64,000 nt of DNA from Bacteriovoracia bacterium (GCA_050246755.1 JBFWVL010000002.1:160001-224000), one strand, 5' to 3'; shown: positions 47,290 through 56,516, counted from the first letter of the stretch. Notes: generated by a model from the letters alone, not told the origin. Numbers and translations are program-made.

Positions 47290-48335
47290 AGCGCTACTCC
47301 GATGGAAGCTTGCCAAAGCCGTGTTTTTTCACGGTTCGGGGTAAGGAAGTTCTGGATGCCGTAGGTGGAAGCGTTGAGGAGAACGGGGCCGATTTGCAAA
47401 TCCACGCCGCCCCCGAGGCTGCCGCCGAAAAGGCCGCCATAGACGGCGACGTTGGGCAGAGAGCTTTCGGTGAGGATGCGCATGATTCCGCCCACGCCGC
47501 TCACCGAGCCGAAGCCGGGAAAGATTTGCAGCTTCTGCTGGTAGTCCCAGGTGATGGGCAGGGAGAAAAAAGGATAAGGGTCCTGGCCGAGCACGCTGAT
47601 GATGCCGAGGCGGGTGCGGCTCGAGAGCCAGGTGTCCACCTCCTTGAGCCACTCGTTCTGTAGGCGCCAGCGCCAGGCGGCGAAGCTGCGGTCTTCATTG
47701 GGGCGGCTCACGGCCACCGGGGCAGTGGAATGAAAAAATACCCCGCGCACGAGCGCATCGGTGGCGATCGAAAAGTCTTCTTCGAGGAGGGAATGGTCGA
47801 GCAAGTTCACCTGGGCGCCCGCAAGCAGGAGGGTGCCCGAGCGCACGGGGATGGCGTCGATGAGCTCGGCGCCCTGGGCATAGAGGCGTTTTTCGGTGCC
47901 GAGGCCGGCGAGCCCTTTTACTTCGAGGAAAGTCTGGCGATCGGCATCGGGAGTGGAGCGAAAGCCGAAGGAGGTGATGCCCGCGCGGTTCAGGTAGGCC
48001 TGGATCTCGGGCGAGATCGGATTGCTCACTTCACCGCCGGCGAGGGCTTCGGCCTGAGTTCCGATCACGGCCTGGCCGAGGAGGCCGCCGCTAAAGTAGT
48101 CATGTTTATAGGCGTAGTTTGCGTGCAGGTAGGAAAAAAGTAGGTCCGGTTTGCCGTAGCGGTCGTAGAGGGTCTGGTTGATCGCGCCGAGATCGCCGCG
48201 CTTGTCTTGCACGTCGTTCACGGTATTCCAGAAATCTCGGCTCTGGGCGTAGGAAACGCCGATTTGTAAATCCGTGGCGTGGGCCGTGCCGGAAAATACG
48301 AAGGCTAAGCTGAGAAATAGCAGTGGAGCGCGCAT
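47286..48335 (-). CDS. Putative outer-membrane beta-barrel protein
   Basis: Signal peptide ending AHA; Gly/aromatic amphipathic strands; C-terminal G..GG.LGGGVDL...L..STYG and W.ASIGVAL. Confidence 0.6.
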   Translation of the reverse strand: MRAPLLFLSLAFVFSGTAHATDLQIGVSYAQSRDFWNTVNDVQDKRGDLGAINQTLYDRYGKPDLLFSYLHANYAYKHDYFSGGLLGQAVIGTQAEALAGGEVSNPISPEIQAYLNRAGITSFGFRSTPDADRQTFLEVKGLAGLGTEKRLYAQGAELIDAIPVRSGTLLLAGAQVNLLDHSLLEEDFSIATDALVRGVFFHSTAPVAVSRPNEDRSFAAWRWRLQNEWLKEVDTWLSSRTRLGIISVLGQDPYPFFSLPITWDYQQKLQIFPGFGSVSGVGGIMRILTESSLPNVAVYGGLFGGSLGGGVDLQIGPVLLNASTYGIQNFLTPNREKTRLWQASIGVAL

Positions 48336-48426
48336 TGTTGAGTGAAGTAGTACAACATAGTGAGCGCTTATTAAAGTAAATTAGTCAGATATTGAAGATT
48401 TGTTTTAGCGTGGCGGAAGAAGGCAC

Positions 48427-48463
48427 AAAAAAGCCCATAAATGATTAAATTTACGGGCTTTTT
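48427..48463 (-). terminator. Intrinsic terminator
   Basis: Minus strand AAAAAGCCCGTAAAT-loop-ATTTATGGGCTTTTTT directly after the stop at 48470. Confidence 0.75.
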
Positions 48464-48469
48464 AAGATT

Positions 48470-48694
48470 CTATTGAACGGTCGTAGTATTGGTTACCGTG
48501 ACGGTAGAGGTAGCCGTGGCGGTGACCGTACCTCCAGATCCCGCCGCCCCAGCGCAAGGCTGGCCGGCTTGCATTAGCTTTAGGCAGGCTACGTCGGCAT
48601 TAGAGAGGCGTTTGTCTTGCTGGTCGCCGCAACCCACCACGAGGATGGTAGCGATCGCGAGAGTGACTAGGAGCGAGCATTTAGTCCAATTCAT
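48470..48694 (-). CDS. Small lipoprotein with a Thr-alternating C-terminal tail (74 aa)
   Basis: GAGGAGG SD, lipobox VVGC, tail TVTATATSTVTVTNTTTVQ and its own terminator. Confidence 0.75.
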   Translation of the reverse strand: MNWTKCSLLVTLAIATILVVGCGDQQDKRLSNADVACLKLMQAGQPCAGAAGSGGTVTATATSTVTVTNTTTVQ

Positions 48695-48838
48695 ACATTC
48701 CTCCTCTGCACGAGGCTTCAAGGCCCGGCAGGTTTGAGAGCCGAGTGGCCCTCTTATTTCTTTAACGGCCAAATCGACGAAAATCTGCAACGTTACCTAA
48801 GTAGGGTAAGGTCTATCTCTTTGAAAATAAAGGATAAT

Positions 48839-49855
48839 TTAGGGCGCTTTTTTTGAGAAAAAAGGCATAACCACACGGTAGCGACGCGTAACGATCTCAA
48901 AGATCGAGGGATCTTCGGCTTGGGTGCGAATGGCTTCGTTAATTACGGTGCCGAGCATATCCGTCTTCTGATTTGGGGCCACCAGAGTGGGGCTGGAAGC
49001 GGCAACCGATGGAACTTCGGCGGCCAACTCGGGCTCGGGCACAGATATCGTTGGAGCGGCCGCAACGGGCGAAGCTTTGGGGGCTTCGGTGGCCACGGGC
49101 ATATGGATATGGGCGGCGGAATCGGAAGAAGCGGCGGCCATGAATCCCGAGAAAGTGGAAATAGCTTTAGCCACTAGGCCGGTGCGTACGGTCTCGGGAA
49201 CTTTATGGATATTGGCTTCCACTTTGGCGCGGAACTGCGCATTGGGAATCCGGGAAGCAAAGCTCTCCACGCGGGAGAGTAATTTATCCATCAGCTGAGG
49301 ATCGGTGCGGCTGATTTTTTTCTCGGAAACGGCGCTCATCTCTTTGAGAAAATCTTCGCGCTTCATTCCGCTTTGGCGCTCGAACTCGTCGGCGATCTTG
49401 CCGGCCTCTCCTTGGCGCAAAAAACTCGGGTCCAGGCGGCGAAAAGAAGTATTGGTCTTGGCGGGCGTTTTGCTTACGCCGCTCGCGGCCGAAGCGCCGT
49501 TTCCGAACGATACCATCGAGACCTCGTTGAGCGTATTCTGGTCTCCGAGCTTATCGAGGTTCTCGGAATTCCGGTATTTGCCGTACGCGGTCATTCCGTT
49601 CGAAACGGCGCTCGGCATTTCGCTGTTCGCAAAGTGCATCAGTGCTTTCATCGCGGAGGTGGTGGAGCTTTGCATGCTCTGGTCGGAGGCCTTGCGGTTG
49701 AGGTCTTCGGCCACGGCCTGGGCATTTTTTTGGGTGATCGGTGGGGTGGAAGGTGTGCCGGCGGCGAAAGCGGGAGCGGGGGAAAAGGCGAAAGTGAGCG
49801 TGAGCAACCAATGGTTGGCGCTGCGCAAATTTTGTTGGCGAAAAAAGTCCCACAT
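48839..49855 (-). CDS. Secreted hypothetical protein with Ala/Pro-rich linker
   Basis: Signal peptide ending AFA; helical body; C-terminal SIFEIVTRRY. Confidence 0.7.
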   Translation of the reverse strand: MWDFFRQQNLRSANHWLLTLTFAFSPAPAFAAGTPSTPPITQKNAQAVAEDLNRKASDQSMQSSTTSAMKALMHFANSEMPSAVSNGMTAYGKYRNSENLDKLGDQNTLNEVSMVSFGNGASAASGVSKTPAKTNTSFRRLDPSFLRQGEAGKIADEFERQSGMKREDFLKEMSAVSEKKISRTDPQLMDKLLSRVESFASRIPNAQFRAKVEANIHKVPETVRTGLVAKAISTFSGFMAAASSDSAAHIHMPVATEAPKASPVAAAPTISVPEPELAAEVPSVAASSPTLVAPNQKTDMLGTVINEAIRTQAEDPSIFEIVTRRYRVVMPFFSKKAP

Positions 49856-50126
49856 ACCCGGAAAAACTGCTGCAAAATCAAGGCCGCGCCCCTAAGTGGC
49901 CGAATCCTTAAGAAGCGTTAAGAGGAGATGTCGACGATCTTTTGGTCAGCGTCGAGATTATAGGCGAAAAATTCCCTGTCTCCCGGAGGATACATAAATA
50001 AAAAATAATTATACGTAGTTCCGCCAATTTTTCTGGCGGGATGGCCCATTTTCCGGGAGATTTGACGATGGGCGCCACGGCTTTTTTCGGTGGACGCTGG
50101 GAAGCGATGCGAATAACCTAGTTCCC

Positions 50127-50975
50127 ATGCTCGCCAAGTCCCTAGCCGTTTACCAAGATTTCCTCCGCCAACATTCTTTGGCCACGCCCAAATGGCATGT
50201 GGTACTCGGCTCCGGTTTCGGCAATGCGCTGGGAAGTTTTTCCTGGGAGCTGGTAGGCGAATTGCCATTTTCGGCGCTGCCCGCTTTGCATAAATCCACG
50301 GTGCAGGATCACGCCGGCGCCTACCGGTTCTACCGCCGGGGCAACGCAGTGGTTTCCTTTCAGATGGGGCGCTTGCATGGCTACGAGGGGCTCGCGCCCG
50401 CCGCCGTGGCGCTCACGGTGATGATCCCGCGCATGGCGGGCGTGGAAGAATTTCTGCTCACGAATGCTTCCGGCGGGCTGACCACCGCTTTTCAGCCGGG
50501 CGACGTGATGATGATCCGCGATCACGTTAATTTCACGGGCCAGAATCCTCTCACCGGGCCGAACCCCCTGCACCTGAACGGGGCCGAGCTTGGGCCTCGC
50601 TTTCCCGACCTCTGCGATGCCTACGATGCGGGCTGGCGGGAACGCCTCACACGTAGCTGCCGCGCGCGCGGCCTCAAGGTGCACGAGGGCATCTACCTCG
50701 GCGTGGCCGGTCCCAGCTTCGAAACGCCAGCGGAAGTGCGCCTGTTCGGTCTTTGGGGCATGCACGCGGTGGGGATGTCTACGGTTTGGGAGGCGATCGC
50801 GCTGCGCCATTCGGGCGCGAAGCTCGCCGGACTTTCGCTCATCAGCAATCTGGGCGCCGGTCTCGGCACCCAGAAGCTCGACCACGATACCATCCTAAAA
50901 ACCTCCCGCGCTTCGGCGGCTAGCATCATCGGGGCGCTCGACGCGGCCGCTACCGAAGCGTTTGGTTCCGCGTGA
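50127..50975 (+). CDS. punA: Purine-nucleoside phosphorylase (trimeric PNP/XapA type)
   Basis: VLGSG.G, GRLHGYEG, LTNASGG, DHVNFTG.NPL.GPN, GPRFPD, GPSFETPAE and VGMSTV.E. Confidence 0.92.
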   Translation: MLAKSLAVYQDFLRQHSLATPKWHVVLGSGFGNALGSFSWELVGELPFSALPALHKSTVQDHAGAYRFYRRGNAVVSFQMGRLHGYEGLAPAAVALTVMIPRMAGVEEFLLTNASGGLTTAFQPGDVMMIRDHVNFTGQNPLTGPNPLHLNGAELGPRFPDLCDAYDAGWRERLTRSCRARGLKVHEGIYLGVAGPSFETPAEVRLFGLWGMHAVGMSTVWEAIALRHSGAKLAGLSLISNLGAGLGTQKLDHDTILKTSRASAASIIGALDAAATEAFGSA

Positions 50976-52333
50976 AAAAAGTACGCTTCGATCTCGGCGT
51001 GCACGCAGGTACTCTGCTCACCATGGCCGGCGGAAAACCCATTCCAGCCTTCGACCAGTTCGTGGGCGTAAAGGACGGCAAAATCGTGGAAGTGGGGCGC
51101 TATACGCCCGCGCGGAAAAAGGAATCGCGTAAATTTCTCGATGGCAGCCACCAGGTTTGCCTGCCCGGGCTGATCAATGGCCATACCCATCTGCCGATGA
51201 CGCTTTTTCGCGGCCTCGAGGACGACGTGCCTTTTCACACCTGGCTCTTCGAGCGCATCCTTCCCCTCGAAAACGAGCTCGTTTCGAGGGCGTTCGTGCG
51301 CGACGGCACCGATCTCGGCGCGCTCGAATCCATCCGTTTCGGGGTTACCACGGTAAATGAAATGTATTTTTATGCCGCCGAGGCTGCCGCCCGGCTCGAC
51401 GCGGCCGGCCTGCGCGGGATCGTATCCCAGCCGATGGCGAAGTTTCCTCTGCCCGAGGATAAAATCCTGGGCACGGATAAGTTCAAGCTTGCCGGGGCGC
51501 TAGCCAAAAAATTCCGCGGGCATCCGCGGATCGAGATCGCGCTCGGGCCCCACGCTCCCTATAGCTGCGACGATGAAATGCTCCGCCGCGTGGGTGCCTA
51601 CGCGCGGGAACACTCCATGCCGGTGCATATCCACGTGTCGGAAACGGAGCGCGAGGTGGAAGAGTCGCGCCAGGAGTTCGGCAAGAGCCCCGTGCAGCGC
51701 CTGGCCGATCTGGGAGTGCTCGGCAAACGGACTTTTTGCGCCCACTGCGTGCACCTCGACGAATCCGACCGCCGCGTGTTGCGGCAAAGCGGGGCCACCG
51801 CGATCTATAATCCCGATTCCAATATGAAGCTCGGCTCGGGTATCTCACCCGTGACCGATTTTCTACGGCGCGGGATTCCCGTGGCTTTCGGTACCGACGG
51901 GGCCGCGAGCAATAACGACCTCAGCGTGTTCGGCGCGATGGACATCGGCACCAAGCTCCAGAAATTGGCGAATCGCGACAGCACCGCGATGATCGCGGCG
52001 CAGGCGCTCCGCATGGCCACCATCGGCGGCGCCGAGGCGCTCGGCATTGAAAGCCGCACCGGCAGCCTGGAAGTGGGCAAGAGCGCCGATTTGATCTTAG
52101 TGGATTTACGCTTGCCCCACCTACAGCCGGTGTACGAAGCCGTAAGCCACCTTGTGTACGCCACGAGCGGCCTCGAAGTTTCCGCCACCGTTTGCGAGGG
52201 AAAGCTCCTCTATGCGGGCGGTAAATACCTCACTCTCGACGTGCAGGACGTGCTCACGCGGGCCGCTTCCTGGCAGCGTAAGGTGAGCAAGAGCCTGAAA
52301 GCAAAAAAACAGCTCACGGCACCGGGTAGGTAG
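50972..52333 (+). CDS. Amidohydrolase, MtaD-like (MTA/SAH deaminase family)
   Basis: PGLINGHTH, GPHAPY, HIHVSET, AHCVH, SNMKLGSG and GTDGAASNN; overlaps the PNP gene. Confidence 0.85.
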   Translation: MKKVRFDLGVHAGTLLTMAGGKPIPAFDQFVGVKDGKIVEVGRYTPARKKESRKFLDGSHQVCLPGLINGHTHLPMTLFRGLEDDVPFHTWLFERILPLENELVSRAFVRDGTDLGALESIRFGVTTVNEMYFYAAEAAARLDAAGLRGIVSQPMAKFPLPEDKILGTDKFKLAGALAKKFRGHPRIEIALGPHAPYSCDDEMLRRVGAYAREHSMPVHIHVSETEREVEESRQEFGKSPVQRLADLGVLGKRTFCAHCVHLDESDRRVLRQSGATAIYNPDSNMKLGSGISPVTDFLRRGIPVAFGTDGAASNNDLSVFGAMDIGTKLQKLANRDSTAMIAAQALRMATIGGAEALGIESRTGSLEVGKSADLILVDLRLPHLQPVYEAVSHLVYATSGLEVSATVCEGKLLYAGGKYLTLDVQDVLTRAASWQRKVSKSLKAKKQLTAPGR

Positions 52334-52391
52334 CCATCCTTTTTCTTCACCAAGCGTAAGCTTTTCCGGGCCTTACGCCGAAAAGTAGGGG

Positions 52392-53834
52392 GTGAAGTTT
52401 CTTATTTTTCCCGCCGCGTATTTTTCGCTCTTCGCCGGGCTCGTGCTTTGGATTATCTTCAGCCGGCTGAAAGCACGGCGTCCGGCCAGGCGGGCGAAGG
52501 TGCGCATTCTGCGCGAAGTACCGGGCGTTTCCCGGAACCCGGCTCCCGTCGCGCGGGAAAGCGTAGCGTTCGAGTGCACCCTTTTGCGGGTTCAGCACGA
52601 AGAACGATTGCCGGAAGGCGCGGCGCTGCTTAAAGGCGTGATGCTCCGCTACGGCGGGGAGCTCGCCTGCCAGAATGAGGCCGGCGTGAATTTCTATTTC
52701 CGCGACGAGGGCGACGGGCACTCGGCCCTGCTCGCCGTGAGCGCCGCGCGCGATTTAGGCGCGCTCCTGAGCGGCGGGAAAACGGCGCCCCGTTTTTCGC
52801 TCGCCCATGGGTTTGCGCGGTTCGTGCAGGAGGAAGGCAAAGAGAATCAGCTGCTCGGCGGCACGTTTCTCGAAGTGAATCGCCTGGCTCCCGCCGCAGG
52901 ACAGATCCTGCTTACGGAGCGCGTGGCGCGCTTTGCGGCGCCCACGGTGAAGTGCAAAACGAAAAATAGTCTCATCGCGTATTCCCATCATACGAGCCTC
53001 GGCGAGGTGCTGGCGCGCTGCGAGCGGGGGCTCTTCGGTGAGCTGGATGCCTACCATTCCGACGATCAGCTACGCGAGGTGCTCCACGCGCTCGGGGAAG
53101 ATCCTTCCGACGAACATTTCGTGGGTGTGGCCGGGCAGCTGCGCCGTTTCTCTTACAAAAATTGCTCGCCCGAAGTGGCGGCGGCGTTCCAGGCGCTGTT
53201 CCGCAAGGAGCTCGAGCGCAACGTGAGCTATCGGCTCTCTTCGCTCGTGGCCCTCGCTTCCCAGTTTTTTACCAAGGAGACGATCGGCCGCGAGCTCTAC
53301 GCCGATTTCGTGGAGGCGCTTCACAATCCGGATCGCCGCGTGAAATCGAACGTGGTGGAGCTTTTTATTCACTTGTATCCCAGTGAGGAAATCGCAGAAC
53401 TCCGCCCCTACGCCAAGAGCGGAGACCACCGTATCTCGGCCAATTTGCTGATCAAGAAGGCCCTCGAGCGGTTCGACGAAAAGGTGATACGGGCTCTTTA
53501 CGGAAGAGTTCGGGGCGGCAGCGTGATCCACGTGGCGAGCGCGCTTTTCGCCCTTGGGGAAATCGCCAAGTATTACCGCGCCCAGGACCCGGCCTTTCTC
53601 CGCAGCAAGCTTTCCTTTCTGCGCCTGTTTGAAGAAATTCCTTATTGGGTGCAGCATCCCAACGGGATGGTGAGGCGCCAGGCCGTGCATGCCGCCAAAA
53701 AGCTCGCAGACGCTAACCTGGACGAAAAACTACGGAAGATTTTTACCGGATCGGAAGATGCCGAACTGCTCGCGCTCTTCGAATCTGTCTATGGCTGGAA
53801 AAAGATCGCGAGCAGCGCTGGACGAAGCGCCTAG
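52392..53834 (+). CDS. TM + degenerate class III nucleotide-cyclase-like domain + HEAT repeats
   Basis: YGG.L......V.FYF, A..AV.AA.DL, RFSLAHG, G..F.EVNRL and GQILLTE pattern; C-terminal HEAT motifs (L.NPDRRVKSN.VE, HPN.MVRRQA). Confidence 0.5.
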   Translation: MKFLIFPAAYFSLFAGLVLWIIFSRLKARRPARRAKVRILREVPGVSRNPAPVARESVAFECTLLRVQHEERLPEGAALLKGVMLRYGGELACQNEAGVNFYFRDEGDGHSALLAVSAARDLGALLSGGKTAPRFSLAHGFARFVQEEGKENQLLGGTFLEVNRLAPAAGQILLTERVARFAAPTVKCKTKNSLIAYSHHTSLGEVLARCERGLFGELDAYHSDDQLREVLHALGEDPSDEHFVGVAGQLRRFSYKNCSPEVAAAFQALFRKELERNVSYRLSSLVALASQFFTKETIGRELYADFVEALHNPDRRVKSNVVELFIHLYPSEEIAELRPYAKSGDHRISANLLIKKALERFDEKVIRALYGRVRGGSVIHVASALFALGEIAKYYRAQDPAFLRSKLSFLRLFEEIPYWVQHPNGMVRRQAVHAAKKLADANLDEKLRKIFTGSEDAELLALFESVYGWKKIASSAGRSA

Positions 53835-53866
53835 CCTCTGAGAAGCTTAAGCTCCCGGGAGCTTGC

Positions 53867-55567
53867 ATGCTGAAGTTAATGGAAAAATGGTACTTGCCGC
53901 TAGCCTTCTTCGCGGTGTGCGTGCTGAAATGGCCGGGCGCCTGGCTCTCCTATTCGCAAGGCAAATGGCTCGCCGTGCACTTCGCCGGCCTGGCCGTGAC
54001 CGTGCTCGCGCTGGCTCGTTTCCCGAAGGTGCCACGCTTGAAACTAGGGGAGACGGTTTTTCTGTTCGGCCTAATCCTGGCCTCCTTCAGCCACACTATT
54101 TATTTTTCTCCCCGCGGCTTCGAATTCACGATTCTGGATCGCTGGTCTTTTCTATTTCTCGCCCTGGGGGCCTGGTACGGCTTCCGCAGCGGAAAGCTTG
54201 CCTGGAAAGATTTTTGGTGGCCGCTCGCCGCGGCGCTGGCGGTAGTCTCGGCGATCGGGCTCGGGCAAATGTGGCAGGCGGGTTTCACCGGCGTGATGCC
54301 TTATCTTACCGTAGGCTCCACCTTCGGGCACACCAACAATACGGCGCAGTTCATGGGCATGGCGCTGCTACTCTGGTGGATGATTCCGCGCCCGCGGGTG
54401 CCGGCCTGGCTCATGCCCCTGCTGAGCGGGATTGCGCTCACGTATTTCTTTTTTCTTCGGGGGCGTTCCACCTTGATCGGATTCGCGCTCGGGCTCGTTA
54501 TTTTGGTGATTCTCCGTTACCGCCGGGAGGGCAAAGCGTTTTTTCAGCGGCGTGGAATTCTGGTGGCGGCCCTACTCGCGGCGTTTTTGTTCGGCGGATT
54601 TCAGCTGGCGCGGGGAAAGAGCTTTGCTGATTTGATTCAGTTCCAATTATTGTCGGAAAAATCTTCGATGGTCCAGTGGCGGGCCGATGTGTGGCGCCAG
54701 ACTCTCGAAATGATCCGCGCGAAGCCTTGGGGCGTGGGGGCTGATCGTTTTACCTTCGAGTTCATTCCCTTCCATGCGCGCGGGGTAACGCTCACCGAAA
54801 ACGGCATCGCCGATACTCCCCATAATGAGATCTTGCGCTATCTCGCTGAAGACGGAATCCCCTTGGCCACGCTCTACTTCCTGGCCTTCTGCTACTTGAT
54901 TTTTCGCTGGATCAGGCGGGAGGAAGACTGGTTCCGCTTCCTTCCTTTATTCGCTTTTATGGCGGTAGAAATCGTGGCTCAGTACGCCTTCAATAATCCG
55001 CTGCCTTCGATCGTGCTCGCCTTGCTCGTGGGCTATATGGCTGCTTGCGTCTGGCGCGAAGAGTTGGCGATTCCGCAGCGGCCCTGGGTGAGGGGGCTAA
55101 CCTGCGCCGTTCTTCTGCTGCAGCTCTTTTTTGCCACTAAGGTAGTGATCGCGCGCAGCTTCGAGCATGCTGAAACGCTCGAGAAGGCCACGCTCTCTTG
55201 CCGGGCCGTGCCGCGCAACTGGCATTCCTGCCTAACTCAGACCCGGATCGAGCTCGATCGTAACGACCTGCGCGCCGCGCGCGAATCCGCGCAGGATATT
55301 CTATTTAATGATCCCTGGAATTTCTCGGCGATGCGCTATCTCAGCATCGTGGCCTTTCGCCAAGGCGACCGTCTCGAGGGATGTTTCTACCTCTGGAAAT
55401 ATGATCATCTATTTTTTGATCGCTCTTCGATTCACGACAAATTGGCCCTGAACTGCCCGCCGAAGTGGCTGGATTATTTTCGGCGCAAGAATCCGGAAAA
55501 CTACCTGCCCCGGTACGAGGAGTATCAGCGGAAGCAGAAGGGCTCTAGCCTTCGTTTTTGGGAATAA
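53867..55567 (+). CDS. O-antigen ligase / O-oligosaccharyltransferase (Wzy_C) family protein with C-terminal TPR-like region
   Basis: STFGHTN..A.F, R..VW..TL.MI..KPWGVG...F and PHNE.L..LAE.G; many TM helices. Confidence 0.8.
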   Translation: MLKLMEKWYLPLAFFAVCVLKWPGAWLSYSQGKWLAVHFAGLAVTVLALARFPKVPRLKLGETVFLFGLILASFSHTIYFSPRGFEFTILDRWSFLFLALGAWYGFRSGKLAWKDFWWPLAAALAVVSAIGLGQMWQAGFTGVMPYLTVGSTFGHTNNTAQFMGMALLLWWMIPRPRVPAWLMPLLSGIALTYFFFLRGRSTLIGFALGLVILVILRYRREGKAFFQRRGILVAALLAAFLFGGFQLARGKSFADLIQFQLLSEKSSMVQWRADVWRQTLEMIRAKPWGVGADRFTFEFIPFHARGVTLTENGIADTPHNEILRYLAEDGIPLATLYFLAFCYLIFRWIRREEDWFRFLPLFAFMAVEIVAQYAFNNPLPSIVLALLVGYMAACVWREELAIPQRPWVRGLTCAVLLLQLFFATKVVIARSFEHAETLEKATLSCRAVPRNWHSCLTQTRIELDRNDLRAARESAQDILFNDPWNFSAMRYLSIVAFRQGDRLEGCFYLWKYDHLFFDRSSIHDKLALNCPPKWLDYFRRKNPENYLPRYEEYQRKQKGSSLRFWE

Positions 55568-56516
55568 AGCTCAGGATATTATTCGTGCGCACGAGATCGA
55601 GCACCTTGCGCTTAGAGAGCGCGGAAAGCTCCACGAATTTCAAGCCGTAGCCGGGAGCGGAATCTGGCTCATTGCGCTTCCAGATCACTTCGCATACGGC
55701 GTGATGAGCGTCTTCTGAGTCCGGAAGGCGGAACTGGAGTTCCACCTTTCCTCCTGGATCTAGGCGGACGCCTGGTTTTTCGGTCAGTTGTTTCTGGTCG
55801 AGGAAGAATCCGCCGAACCCGAGCTGGGTGGTAATGAGATTTACGTTTCCCAGCTGGAGCGCGACGCTGGCTTCCACGTTTTCCTGCTTTGGGTTCCCGT
55901 AAACGTATTCCCATACGAGGCGGTGGAGCTTTTCTAGATTTACGGGTTTTTCGAGGAACGCGAAGGCGCCGAGATCCAGCAGAGACTCTAGCTCGTATTC
56001 TTCCGGGTATCCCGAAATGAAAATCAGGCCCGGTTCATAGAAGTGTAGCTTGCGGATTTCGGCCAGAAAGCTGAGCCCGTTCATGCGCGGCATGCGGATA
56101 TCGGAGATCACCACGTCGATTTTCAATTTACGGATCGCGTCGAGGGCCAGCACTGGGTCATTATAGGTATGGGATTCGATTCCTCGCAGTTGAAAGAACT
56201 GCTGTAGGATGGAAGTGAGATCCGTCTCGTCGTCCAGGATCAGCACGCGCGGGGGAACGGAGGGGGTATCGCTCTGTAGTTTCTGTTTCTCCATGAAGAG
56301 CAGAAAATCGGCGAGGAGTTCAGTTTTGCTGTCGCTACGGGTTTTTTCGAGAATTTTTTTCAGGTGATTATTCACCGTATGCAGGCTGATATCTAGTTTC
56401 TTTCCCAATTCCACCGGGCTCACGGTGCGGTTGGCGAGATGGTAAAAAACTTCGGTCTCCCGTTCGGTGAGCTGGAAGTTTTTGGCGTATTGTTCCACGA
56501 GATTTTTTAGTGCCAT
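55545..56516 (-). CDS. Regulator with N-terminal LuxR HTH, central receiver domain and C-terminal PilZ-like domain
   Basis: LTERETEV...L.IS.HTV..HLKKI.EK; LILDDE, SDIRMPRMNG, FISGY and LEKP; GGFFL, V.L.FRLP, EVIW and GYGLKF. Confidence 0.8.
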   Translation of the reverse strand: MALKNLVEQYAKNFQLTERETEVFYHLANRTVSPVELGKKLDISLHTVNNHLKKILEKTRSDSKTELLADFLLFMEKQKLQSDTPSVPPRVLILDDETDLTSILQQFFQLRGIESHTYNDPVLALDAIRKLKIDVVISDIRMPRMNGLSFLAEIRKLHFYEPGLIFISGYPEEYELESLLDLGAFAFLEKPVNLEKLHRLVWEYVYGNPKQENVEASVALQLGNVNLITTQLGFGGFFLDQKQLTEKPGVRLDPGGKVELQFRLPDSEDAHHAVCEVIWKRNEPDSAPGYGLKFVELSALSKRKVLDLVRTNNILSFIPKNEG

